Positions 1 to 9,588 of a stretch of 64,000 bases of DNA are shown here, piece by piece. The position numbers and the translations under genes are program-made. Source of the DNA: a virus (taxonomy: Duplodnaviria; Caudoviricetes); IMG/VR virus record IMGVR_UViG_3300032283_000554, positions 1 through 64,000 of that record; one strand, written 5' to 3'. The notes below the pieces were generated by a model. The model was not told the origin of the DNA. It made no database searches and saw only the letters and a list, made by a program, of their open reading frames with translations. Each line of letters opens with the position of its first letter. Within the stretch, counting starts at the first letter, position 1.

Positions 1-2013
1 CCATATGCTGCATGGTTCTGTTTGAGAAGTTGCACACGGGGACCCAGCAGGACAGGTTCTAGTTCTAGTTCTGACTCCGTTAACGCAAGCTCCATAAAAG
101 CTCCATCCACCACATGCATTATCCGATGCAGTATCGCAAACACAGGTTGCCTGACAAGTTGGGTAGCCGCTTTGGCTGCAAGTAATTGCGTATCCAGAAC
201 CACTTGTGGATATATTGGATATCTCAATTTTGTAACTACAGGTACCGCAGTTAAAGTTTGGAGTTGTTGTGCAGAACCAGCAATTTTGTTGTTCAGTTGT
301 AACTGTAGTCGTACAATTTAAAAAATTCTCTGTTTTAGTTCTAGTTCTTATTCCGCTAGATGAACAAGCACTCCATTCACTATATACGGTTGAAGCGCAA
401 CACGATGGTGTTGTGTAGCATGCTGTTACGTATCCAGTTCCATTTTTGCTTACATTTGTTGGAGATTGAAAAGTCGAGCAAGTTACTGGTGTTGTTTGAT
501 AGTATGTTACACAATACCATGTTCCAGTTGTTTCACAAACATCTACCGATGTCTCGTAATCATATGAAAATGCTGTCAAATCAACATTATCTATTTTAGA
601 TGTTGTAACAGAAACACATGATGGGATATCTTGAGATACTCCAGAGACAGATATCGTATCTCCAGAGCGTGAAGCACTTCCATTTGTGCATTCAACAGAT
701 ATATCAAATGTGCTTATGTCTTGATAATTTAGTATTTGAACTTTAAATGAAGTAGCCGTGGCTTCATATGCTTGAGAAAGCTGAGCCTGAATTCCTAAAT
801 TAAGAGTTCTAATGCTTTCTGTTACAGTATTACTTTCTTTTGGAGGAATACCATTTCCTCCAAGCGCAGTGACGGATACATTATAAAGAGCATTTATTGT
901 TAGTCCAGACAATACATCAGATGTATCTGTTGTGGTTACTGGATATCCAGACAAGGAAACTCCAGTCGAATTCCTTTTTATATCTACCTCATAAGATGTT
1001 GCGTTTGCAGAAAACCATTCTACAGAAAATGATTCTTTGGTTCTGTTTGAAAATGTAATTGATGGATCTTCAATTATTCCTGGCTGCCAATCTATAAAAG
1101 CAAGCTCCTGAGTTGGTCCATTTGCAGAGTACCTGGTTCCAGTAAAATCCTTATAATAATCATCAGCTATAATTGAAAGTTCCCATTGATAGCTATCATT
1201 TTGATTTAAATTTGGAGGTACGTTTATTGTAATTGAATTAGAATACAACGAAACTATTTGTGGGGTTTGAAATTGAGGTACACCGAGACTATTGTATAAT
1301 TGTATTTCTTGAGACCACATATACAGTGGAATTTGAGAAACTGTTATAGTTGCTGGATCGTATGTCCATGACAAGTCCACTGCAGTTTCTGTTTCATCTG
1401 TAATATCAAATGATGATATGTTAAAAAGGTATCTGGCTGCAATTCCTATGGCTGGAAAATTAACATCAGCTTCCCCACTACTATTTTCAGCTTTTATTTT
1501 GCCTCTAAATTTTACTTTATTAAGCACATTTGTTTTTGTTATTAATGGCCTGTTAGATGCGCTCACTGGGACTTGATATAGATAATCTGCATGTGAATAA
1601 TCATTATATTCTTTAACTACAGGTGTTATTAAATCTGTCCATGTAGAATATGGAGGATCTGATTTTTGTATATACATAGTAAATTTTGTAGGCTCTTCAT
1701 TCCATTCGCCTCTTACTAAATACATTTTGTCTCCATTAAAAGGAGAATCTATGGTCTCAAGGCCTTCGGGTGAAATAAAAATTAAAGATGGTGGGTTTGC
1801 TGTAGCTGTATTTGGTATTGCGCTTCCAAATATTTTTTCCCAAAGTCCGCTGCTGGTAAGTCTCCATATGCTTTTCATTTTTACCCAGCCACCAACAACA
1901 TGTGCGCCAGAGTCATCTGAACTAGACTTTCTCCATATACTTCTAAGCTTAACCCAGCCTTCAACAACATGTGCGCCAGTATCTGCTGAGCTAGACTTTC
2001 TCCATACAGACAT
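1..2013 (-). CDS. Tail-associated protein with FN3-like domains and Cys-rich TSP1-like repeats (3' end off window; not in ORF track)
   Basis: Hand translation from ATG at 2013 (TAATG overlap with upstream stop) is open for 671 codons to position 1: MSVWRKSSSADTG...FSVEWFSANATSYEV...LSGLTINALYNVSVTA...YSEWSACSSSGIRTRT...GWSFYGACVNGVRTRTRTC. Confidence 0.85.
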   Translation of the reverse strand, partial: MSVWRKSSSADTGAHVVEGWVKLRSIWRKSSSDDSGAHVVGGWVKMKSIWRLTSSGLWEKIFGSAIPNTATANPPSLIFISPEGLETIDSPFNGDKMYLVRGEWNEEPTKFTMYIQKSDPPYSTWTDLITPVVKEYNDYSHADYLYQVPVSASNRPLITKTNVLNKVKFRGKIKAENSSGEADVNFPAIGIAARYLFNISSFDITDETETAVDLSWTYDPATITVSQIPLYMWSQEIQLYNSLGVPQFQTPQIVSLYSNSITINVPPNLNQNDSYQWELSIIADDYYKDFTGTRYSANGPTQELAFIDWQPGIIEDPSITFSNRTKESFSVEWFSANATSYEVDIKRNSTGVSLSGYPVTTTDTSDVLSGLTINALYNVSVTALGGNGIPPKESNTVTESIRTLNLGIQAQLSQAYEATATSFKVQILNYQDISTFDISVECTNGSASRSGDTISVSGVSQDIPSCVSVTTSKIDNVDLTAFSYDYETSVDVCETTGTWYCVTYYQTTPVTCSTFQSPTNVSKNGTGYVTACYTTPSCCASTVYSEWSACSSSGIRTRTKTENFLNCTTTVTTEQQNCWFCTTTPNFNCGTCSYKIEISNISTSGSGYAITCSQSGYPTCQATCVCDTASDNACGGWSFYGACVNGVRTRTRTCPAGSPCATSQTEPCSIW

Positions 2014-4493
2014 TATGCTTTCCTACTTAAATAAATATCTCCAGGTGCTGCATAGCCAAGAAAGCTAACATGCGACGGGTTATCATCTTGTGGGTGAGAG
2101 TTTCCACCATAATAAAATACTCTTCCTCCAGTTAGATATCCAGTTGTTCTGGAAACAGCTAATGTTTGATCACCATAAGTTGTATCTCCGTCTCCTAGCA
2201 TTCTGCTTCCAGGCGAAACTAATTGCAGACCGCCAGTAGACTGGTTTGCCCCAGCTATACTAATGTTAAATGTTGATCCATTAAATGTAAGTTTTCCGTT
2301 TGCTAATCTAAAGCTTCCTGCAGTTCTTGTTACGCCTTCTATGGTTTTTGATATTCCAAGAATGTGGTCTGTTGAAAAGCTTTCTCCAGAACCCAAAAAT
2401 ATATTTGATGAAATCAAGTCTGTTGTAACATTAAATGCATTTCCGTCATACGTAAGTTTTCCGTTAGCTAGTCTAAAATTTCCAGATGAAGATATGTAAT
2501 CAATATTTCCTGGGTTGCCGCTTCCTGAACCTGGGTATGATGTATTCCATGCGGCAGGCGTTGTAAAATAATGATTTGATCCAACAATATTACCGCCAAT
2601 AATAGAGCCTTGCTCTCCATTAAGTGTTATCTGAGATGATGTATTTGTAGACTTTATATTTGCTGAATCAATTGTCCATCCGTTAGAAACTTTATAACCA
2701 GTTGCTGTGCTTGCATCCGCTACAAGTATTCCAAATCCGCCTTCGCCAGCCTGGACCATTCCTTTAAGAATAGCATCTCTAGATACAAGCTTGCCTGCGT
2801 ATGTTACAGAAAAATTTGGATTAACTGTTCTAGATCCTCCAGCCCAAATTGCAACATCTGAGGGAGTTGTTGTGGCAAAGAGGCCTACGTTTCCAGCCTT
2901 GTTAATTGATGTATCGTCAATTGTCCATCCCGCTATTGTTCCTTTATTAGCAATAATTCCACTTACTGTATCTAACTGAAATAATTTTCCAACTGAATCC
3001 GTGCCCTGGATTCCAACACCGATTTTTGCTCCAGCAGTATTAGTTAGCTTTCCTATTTCAAATTTTCCAGAAGATGTTGTGACCCTAAGCTGTCCGTCTA
3101 CTAGTGCTGTTCCTATGTCAACAGATCCAGTAAATGCTCCAGCGTTAGCATTTATCTTTCCAGTTATTTCTAAATTAGATCCGTTCCAATAAAGCCAATC
3201 GCTAGCTCCGCCAACTTTAAATCTTGCTGCAGAAGAAACGCTTGTATTTCCAGTAACATACCAATAATTTTCTGGCGCTATATACAAACCTTTATTTGAA
3301 TTGTCCCCACCGATTCCATATCCAAGCTTCATGTCTCCAGCAGATATTGCAACATCTGTCTTTAATGATGTGTTGCCTGGAATGATTATGTTTGGATACT
3401 GTTTATATACAGAGTTATCGTTTCCATAAACATCATATGTTGTTACTGCTATTTGATAAGTTTGCCCAGCTTTTAATCCATACAAGTATGTTGATAAAGT
3501 TCCTTTTCCTGGAACAGACATATATGTATAATTAGCATCAGAAGCAGTTTTATATCTTATTCTATATCCAGAAGTTGAAGTATCTGTATTTTCTGTCCAC
3601 GTAAAAAGAATCTTCTTGTCAAAGTTAAATAGTCCATTTGAATCTTCTTCAACAGTTGTAGATCCCAAATCAAAATTATTTTCTGGTGGCAAATCGTCAA
3701 AAACTATAGGGTCGTATGCTTTTCCTTCTTTTATGTCTGAGTTTAAAGACTCACAATCTGAATAAGAAAGATGATTAAGCTTAACATAAACTGTTGCTAA
3801 AGTATCTAGTATTATTGAAGCTGGACCAATTCCAGTATACCTTAGCTCCCAATTATAAGGACTGGGGGTTTCTGAAACATATACTCTAGTTTCTCTGTAT
3901 GTTCCGTATCCTGTTGCGCTATCTTGCCAAGAAACAAGTATTCCATTATTTTGGCTGACAACGTTCCAGGAAGCTGTTTGTGTTGAATGAGAACATACTG
4001 GGTCCACATACTCTGCAACGGTTACTGGACATTCATCTGAGCTTCCATCTCCATAAACGCTTTGTATAGAAAAAGATGTGAAGGATTTTCTAAATACACC
4101 TCCAAATTGAAATATGTTGTTTTCTCTTGTTAATATCCATGAGTAGTTTAAAGAGGATCCAGTTGCTGAAACAAGGTGTGACCTCCTGTACCCACCAGCC
4201 ACAAGAGTAATTACATAGTTTCTTACACGCTGATCATTTTTTGTCCATGCAACATTAAGTCCAGCTTTAGCATCCCATGTTGCTGTAACATTTGATGGGC
4301 ATACACGTGATGGAGCTGGAGTTCTAAAATTAAACCTATCAGAAAATTCGCTTGTTCCAGAAGACTTGTCGTTAAATATCCATGCTATTTGAAGAGCGTA
4401 GTCAGTACTACAATCTAAATCTGGTATTACAACATCCCAGTAGTCTCCATCTTGCTTTTGAGTTATTCCTAGATCTTCATATTGTTCTGACAC
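2013..4493 (-). CDS. Minor tail / tail-tip protein with FN3 domains
   Basis: 826 aa; FN3 signature (FTWTE...GYRIRYK...LYGLKAGQTYQIAVTTYD); Gly-rich beta repeats (GTIAGWTI); position in tail-tip module. Confidence 0.75.
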   Translation of the reverse strand: MSEQYEDLGITQKQDGDYWDVVIPDLDCSTDYALQIAWIFNDKSSGTSEFSDRFNFRTPAPSRVCPSNVTATWDAKAGLNVAWTKNDQRVRNYVITLVAGGYRRSHLVSATGSSLNYSWILTRENNIFQFGGVFRKSFTSFSIQSVYGDGSSDECPVTVAEYVDPVCSHSTQTASWNVVSQNNGILVSWQDSATGYGTYRETRVYVSETPSPYNWELRYTGIGPASIILDTLATVYVKLNHLSYSDCESLNSDIKEGKAYDPIVFDDLPPENNFDLGSTTVEEDSNGLFNFDKKILFTWTENTDTSTSGYRIRYKTASDANYTYMSVPGKGTLSTYLYGLKAGQTYQIAVTTYDVYGNDNSVYKQYPNIIIPGNTSLKTDVAISAGDMKLGYGIGGDNSNKGLYIAPENYWYVTGNTSVSSAARFKVGGASDWLYWNGSNLEITGKINANAGAFTGSVDIGTALVDGQLRVTTSSGKFEIGKLTNTAGAKIGVGIQGTDSVGKLFQLDTVSGIIANKGTIAGWTIDDTSINKAGNVGLFATTTPSDVAIWAGGSRTVNPNFSVTYAGKLVSRDAILKGMVQAGEGGFGILVADASTATGYKVSNGWTIDSANIKSTNTSSQITLNGEQGSIIGGNIVGSNHYFTTPAAWNTSYPGSGSGNPGNIDYISSSGNFRLANGKLTYDGNAFNVTTDLISSNIFLGSGESFSTDHILGISKTIEGVTRTAGSFRLANGKLTFNGSTFNISIAGANQSTGGLQLVSPGSRMLGDGDTTYGDQTLAVSRTTGYLTGGRVFYYGGNSHPQDDNPSHVSFLGYAAPGDIYLSRKA

Positions 4494-4494
4494 T

Positions 4495-5355
4495 CTAAAC
4501 TCCGAACGATAGGTCTAGTTTAAATTCTATTGATGCTTCTCTTCCAATTACCTTAATCATAGTTGAATCTAAAATAGATCTAGCAATCAATCCGTATGCT
4601 GGGTCAAAGGTGTCCTCATCATTTATTCTAAGACCATCCATTGATACAGATGTTTGAGCAGTTGTTGGTGTAACAACAATTCCTAGCTTAACAACACTTT
4701 GTGGATTAAATGTTCCTGTTGATACTCCAGTAGACATATTTAAATTTTTAATGTTATATCCAACTGAATGTCCAGTAAATGTAAATTGCAAGTAATCAGT
4801 ATCTGAGCTATACAACTTAACCTTTAATGACGACAGGTTAGCATCTTTTACCTTATAAGAAAAGGATAATGTATCTGACGGGTTATATCCAGATATATCC
4901 ATTGCTCCAAGATCATACGTGTATTCTTTTGGCAAAGCAGCATTTGATGTAAATATTAATGAGCTATCTCCAACTCTATAATCGGTTTGATCTAATGCTG
5001 GCTCTGGGCTCCATTTGTATGGCAATTCAAAATCAGATAAAAACTTGCTGTCATATAAATTTCTTGTATAAGATTGCCCAGAGTATATTCCAATCTCATT
5101 AATTTTGCCTGCAATGTTTGTAGGAAGTGTAGCTGAATATATTACTGTATATTTTACTGGTGATACAGATGTATCTATATCTATTCCGCCCTGCCTAATT
5201 GGAACTCTATAAAATTCAAATCCCAGTCTTGAGTTTGTATCAGATAAAGCATACTCAGCATTTGTTGAAATTCCTAATGCCATCTCTTTTGAACTAAAAG
5301 AGGAGTTGCCAGCAACAAAGTTGGTTAAGAATCTTTTTCCAAATTTAGTTATCAT
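4495..5355 (-). CDS. Minor tail protein
   Basis: 286 aa; MITKFGKRFL...INEIGIY pattern typical of tail/baseplate proteins; gene context. Confidence 0.6.
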   Translation of the reverse strand: MITKFGKRFLTNFVAGNSSFSSKEMALGISTNAEYALSDTNSRLGFEFYRVPIRQGGIDIDTSVSPVKYTVIYSATLPTNIAGKINEIGIYSGQSYTRNLYDSKFLSDFELPYKWSPEPALDQTDYRVGDSSLIFTSNAALPKEYTYDLGAMDISGYNPSDTLSFSYKVKDANLSSLKVKLYSSDTDYLQFTFTGHSVGYNIKNLNMSTGVSTGTFNPQSVVKLGIVVTPTTAQTSVSMDGLRINDEDTFDPAYGLIARSILDSTMIKVIGREASIEFKLDLSFGV

Positions 5356-5690
5356 TCTGTTCCCCCTTGAGCATCTGCTATTGTTATTGCATAAAGGAAG
5401 CCATCTAGTGCTTCTTCACTTGAATTATAAATTCTAAACTTTGCTTTTGCTCTTTGCATTCCAGATGCATCTTCATACAACTCAAAACCTTTTAAGACTA
5501 TGTCCGAAAGCTGTGGCCTATTACCTGTCTTTGGGTCTGGATCTCCACCGTTGTCGCCCTCTGAATTTCCAGTTGAAAATGGAAATGGCCTAGAAAGTGT
5601 TCTTGTTTCGCCGACTTTGCCCTTCCATACTGTAGCAAGGCGTGGGTCATCGTCAAATATGACCGCAATTTTTCCTACTTCAATTCCCAT
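5352..5690 (-). CDS. Hypothetical virion protein
   Basis: 112 aa; ATGA overlap with next gene; extended -10 lies 6 nt upstream of the ATG. Confidence 0.6.
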   Translation of the reverse strand: MGIEVGKIAVIFDDDPRLATVWKGKVGETRTLSRPFPFSTGNSEGDNGGDPDPKTGNRPQLSDIVLKGFELYEDASGMQRAKAKFRIYNSSEEALDGFLYAITIADAQGGTE

Positions 5691-5696
5691 TTATTT

Positions 5697-5705
5697 ATTA
5701 TACCA
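5697..5705 (-). promoter_or_regulatory. Extended -10 promoter (TGGTATAAT), leaderless
   Basis: TGGTATAAT followed 6 nt later by the ATG at 5690. Confidence 0.55.
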
Positions 5706-5713
5706 TTACGTTA

Positions 5714-8700
5714 TTAAATAGCTCTACACGAAATTGTGGTATTAATCCCTTCTGAATACTCTAAGGTACACTTAGTTATTACATACTTATTGCTAGACTG
5801 AGTCATTCCTAGTATTGGATAATTTATACTAACAATATCCCCAGCAGATAAAATTGGATTTCCAAATACTGTCATGTCAACAAATCTACCTTTATTTAAA
5901 GAGTTTGATTTAATCCAGTTTGCAAGTTTTTCTGCATCCTGTTCATTTTGAATCCATGAAGAATCAAATATTACAGACTCTTTATTTTTAGGGTCATTTG
6001 ACTGATCTGTATTATAATCTATGGCGGAGGATCTACTAATACTATTTCCAAGTATATAGAAGGTTGTGTAATCACTATCGTGTAAAACAACTGAAGTAGA
6101 GGTGTTGTTTAAAACATATGCCTCAGCTGTAAATGGCTGCAGTCTTTTATCAAGTACCGTGACGTAGGGATTATTGGAAGTTCTAACCATAATAGGCAGG
6201 GCTGGCCTGTCGTCATAAGGAACTTTTATTTTTCTTATTTCTCTTGCAGTTGTTCCAAACTCCATAAGGCCCACCTCTTCTTCAGTAGTAGTGTCCCCAT
6301 CACTATAAATTATATCTCCATATAACATAGAAATTGTATCGTCAGAATAATTTCCATTGTGCCTGTATGACTGCAAACTACTATTTTTTTTATAAAGATC
6401 TTCATTGATACTTTTCCCGTATAAGAAATCAAAGAAGGCAATTCCCTGCCCACAATGCAGCGCTAAATTTTTTGTTATACCAATTGGTGGGATATATTGA
6501 TTAAAAGAATCATTTCCCTGATCAACTGCTACTATCTTAAATCCATTAATAAAAACAGTAATTGTATTTTTAACTAATTGTCCCGACGTGGTTTGCGATT
6601 TAACTAGCACGTCTATGCTGTAAGAACTACCTGCCATTATTCCACTCAGCATTGTTGAATCAGATTGCTGACTATCTTTTAAAACAGTAAGCTTATCATT
6701 TTGAATCTTGACAATCATTATATCTTTTTCTAAGTTTGCAAAGGCTGATGTGCGAACTATTACATAATAACCATTTTTGCCAGTTGAGTCTAGGCAAAAT
6801 CCTATGCCTCCAACCTGCTCTGGACTCATAGCCTGACTATCAAAAAACATTCTAGTACCGCAAGCCATGTATAAAGATCCTGTATTAATTGAATTAAATG
6901 GCTTTAACACCAGGCTATACGTTTTTTTGTCTTTGTCTAAATTAGATACCATAAGAAAGCTTTTAGACAGTGTATCAAATTTTGAATTTGCTGGTGCAGT
7001 TATATATCCGTCGGGGTCTACCTTTAATGCTGCAACATCTGGAGTTGCTAATTTAACCGTATATCTGTTAAATTTATTTGCATCTGTTTCGCCTGGACCA
7101 TTAATGTAAGAGGATAAACTTTTTTTGTGATTCTTTTTAGATGTTTTAAAAGCTTCCCTTGTTTTAATATTATACTCTCCAGTTGGATAAAAATTTTTAT
7201 ATCCTGGTTTTGCCAAAGCTTGATACTTCCAAAAATCTGACTGACTTTTCATTAAAACTCTAATTGGTGTTGTTCCCGCAATTGGGACATATTGATACCA
7301 AAGACCTTCGTACTCAATTATTTCGTCATTAATTAAAACATATCCGCTAAAAGCATCAAGGACCTTGTCAATTCTTGCTGAATTTATTGTGTTTGGAGTT
7401 AGCTTAAATGTTGTACTGTTGTCATTAATATCTTCATCAAGTTTTCCAGCTCCAAGAAAAGATTCTGCTGAGGTCCAAAGTGGCGAGCTAGAATTACTAT
7501 TTACAGCAACAGATGCCGAAGAGTATCTGACTGTAACTTGATTTGCAGAAAATATTTCTCTAGATGATAAATTAATTATATTTGGGGCATAGTCAAGAAC
7601 ATTTGCAGTTTTAACTTCTTCGCTTGTAAACACCCATTTAGGAGCAATTGTGTTGTCGTATATAACATTTCTGCTGTAAAAATTTAAAACATTATTTTCA
7701 TCTACAAATGCATTCATTTGAATATCTCTGCATAGCTCTTGCAATGTTTCCCAAACCGTTTTGTCTCCGTCACACCACCAGTAAAGTAAAGATGTAATTG
7801 AATCATCATCAGCTTTTCCATCGGTCATCTTTATATTAAATTTATATGTGGAAAAACCAACCGAGTCAAGTATTCTTTTTATTACTGAAGTTACTGGTGA
7901 ATCTTGAACTAATAATTGTGGGCACATAGTATCTTGCAATATTTTTGCTGCATCAGTTGCATCAATAGATACTTCCCCAAACTCAGAAATTGTCCATGAG
8001 TTAGCATAAAATACACCTTGTTTTATTTGTTCTAGCGATACGCCTTCTCCAAGATATATGTATGGTTCTATGATTGTGTTTTTAAATAGATAAACCTTAG
8101 TATTGTCTATAATGGGGTCTTTTATGTTATATTCTAAAATTGATCTAGATGTAGGAGAATGAGGTTTAAACAAAGCTAAGCTCAAGTAGTTTGCTGTAAT
8201 TACTCCAACGGGAACAATTGAATTATCATCTGCTGTTGTTTCTTTATTAACAGAAAATGATACTATGTCTGAGTCTATTGGTGTTACCCATCTTGGACTA
8301 AATTCGATTACTCCTAAGAATTTACCAAGTTTTGAATTAACTGCAGTTAATGTTATCTTCTTGAAATATTCCGTTGTTGTATATTCAGAAGGTTTTGTTG
8401 TTGACCATGTAGTTCCATTATAATATATTATTGCTTCACCGTTAACAAGTGTGGTTCCAGTGGCAGATACAGTTGTATTATCTGCCCTGACCCCAGTTAT
8501 GACCCATGAAGTTGGGCTGGAATGATTAGTTTCAAACCTTGCAATAATTTTATTTGTAGGAACTAGCTTTACTGTAGTCTTTGCCTCATCTAAAAAATAT
8601 TCTAAAGAAACACTGATGTCTGCATCTTTAGGTGCCAGCCAATATTTATACACCATGGTTGAGCCAGGATAATATAGTCTTGGCTTGTCTGCAATAGCTA

Positions 8701-9001
8701 CGTCTCTAGGCTTTTCATAAAAACTCTGATCTGGTGTGTCTGTCTGCTTGCCAGTTATAGGATCCTTTGTATAAACTAAATATTTAATTCCTGGGGCTAA
8801 AGGTCTAAATGGCTTATAGATTGTATCGATTGGAAATAGTTTTTTATATGCATCTGTATAAGTATGTTCTGCAGCTGTAGATGTTGCTTTTATATATTCA
8901 ACCATAGAGTTTAAGTTATACTCCATTGTTGCACCTGCTGAAGTTTTTATAGATGACCCCTTTTTAAGCAAGTCTTTATTTGAAGCGTTTATGGATATCA
9001 T
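5714..9001 (-). CDS. Large minor tail protein (baseplate hub / tail-tip)
   Basis: 1095 aa, second gene after TMP; C-terminal GNPILSAGDIVSINY...YVIT motif typical of tail-tip hub proteins. Confidence 0.7.
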   Translation of the reverse strand: MISINASNKDLLKKGSSIKTSAGATMEYNLNSMVEYIKATSTAAEHTYTDAYKKLFPIDTIYKPFRPLAPGIKYLVYTKDPITGKQTDTPDQSFYEKPRDVAIADKPRLYYPGSTMVYKYWLAPKDADISVSLEYFLDEAKTTVKLVPTNKIIARFETNHSSPTSWVITGVRADNTTVSATGTTLVNGEAIIYYNGTTWSTTKPSEYTTTEYFKKITLTAVNSKLGKFLGVIEFSPRWVTPIDSDIVSFSVNKETTADDNSIVPVGVITANYLSLALFKPHSPTSRSILEYNIKDPIIDNTKVYLFKNTIIEPYIYLGEGVSLEQIKQGVFYANSWTISEFGEVSIDATDAAKILQDTMCPQLLVQDSPVTSVIKRILDSVGFSTYKFNIKMTDGKADDDSITSLLYWWCDGDKTVWETLQELCRDIQMNAFVDENNVLNFYSRNVIYDNTIAPKWVFTSEEVKTANVLDYAPNIINLSSREIFSANQVTVRYSSASVAVNSNSSSPLWTSAESFLGAGKLDEDINDNSTTFKLTPNTINSARIDKVLDAFSGYVLINDEIIEYEGLWYQYVPIAGTTPIRVLMKSQSDFWKYQALAKPGYKNFYPTGEYNIKTREAFKTSKKNHKKSLSSYINGPGETDANKFNRYTVKLATPDVAALKVDPDGYITAPANSKFDTLSKSFLMVSNLDKDKKTYSLVLKPFNSINTGSLYMACGTRMFFDSQAMSPEQVGGIGFCLDSTGKNGYYVIVRTSAFANLEKDIMIVKIQNDKLTVLKDSQQSDSTMLSGIMAGSSYSIDVLVKSQTTSGQLVKNTITVFINGFKIVAVDQGNDSFNQYIPPIGITKNLALHCGQGIAFFDFLYGKSINEDLYKKNSSLQSYRHNGNYSDDTISMLYGDIIYSDGDTTTEEEVGLMEFGTTAREIRKIKVPYDDRPALPIMVRTSNNPYVTVLDKRLQPFTAEAYVLNNTSTSVVLHDSDYTTFYILGNSISRSSAIDYNTDQSNDPKNKESVIFDSSWIQNEQDAEKLANWIKSNSLNKGRFVDMTVFGNPILSAGDIVSINYPILGMTQSSNKYVITKCTLEYSEGINTTISCRAI

Positions 9002-9588
9002 ACTTGCTCCAGGCTTATATTAACACTCCAAAAGGGTTGGACGCCTCTTTTTATTAAAGTAAAATCGCATGATGTAAAAATAACAGTGTAAGTATAATCA
9101 TCTGCTAAAGCACCATCAGATTGTTCTATTAAGTCTACAGAAAATACTGTCGGGTTTAATTTAATTCTAAATGCTCCTTGACCAGCCGCGCTTTCATAAA
9201 AAGCTTTTAAATCTTCCGCTCCCCATCCACCATCAACTGTTTCATTTCTAAATGACGGTATCATTTCCCAAGATATGGATAGGTTTAGTTTATCAGCAAT
9301 AAAATACTTTCTTAATGTTCCATTTGACATTCTTTGGATATTTTCAATTCTATTTGTACTTATAGAAAGAGGATCTCTATTGTGCTCTGTAACTCTTCTA
9401 AATCTTAATTGAGTTGCCGAACTTTGAGACAAACCATTTCTTGTTGCAACTGCAGATGAATATGTATTTCCTGGTGCAATAACTGACGCACCCTTGTAGT
9501 CAAAAGAGTTGTTAGACGTATCGATTGCAAGTGGGTCCTTTGCTTCTATATAAAGAATTGATCCCTTTGATAAATTTTGAAAACTCAT
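8998..9588 (-). CDS. Distal-tail-like protein
   Basis: 196 aa immediately after TMP; RMSNGTLRKYFIADK...SWEMIP...NISLEQV pattern. Confidence 0.6.
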   Translation of the reverse strand: MSFQNLSKGSILYIEAKDPLAIDTSNNSFDYKGASVIAPGNTYSSAVATRNGLSQSSATQLRFRRVTEHNRDPLSISTNRIENIQRMSNGTLRKYFIADKLNLSISWEMIPSFRNETVDGGWGAEDLKAFYESAAGQGAFRIKLNPTVFSVDLIEQSDGALADDYTYTVIFTSCDFTLIKRGVQPFWSVNISLEQV

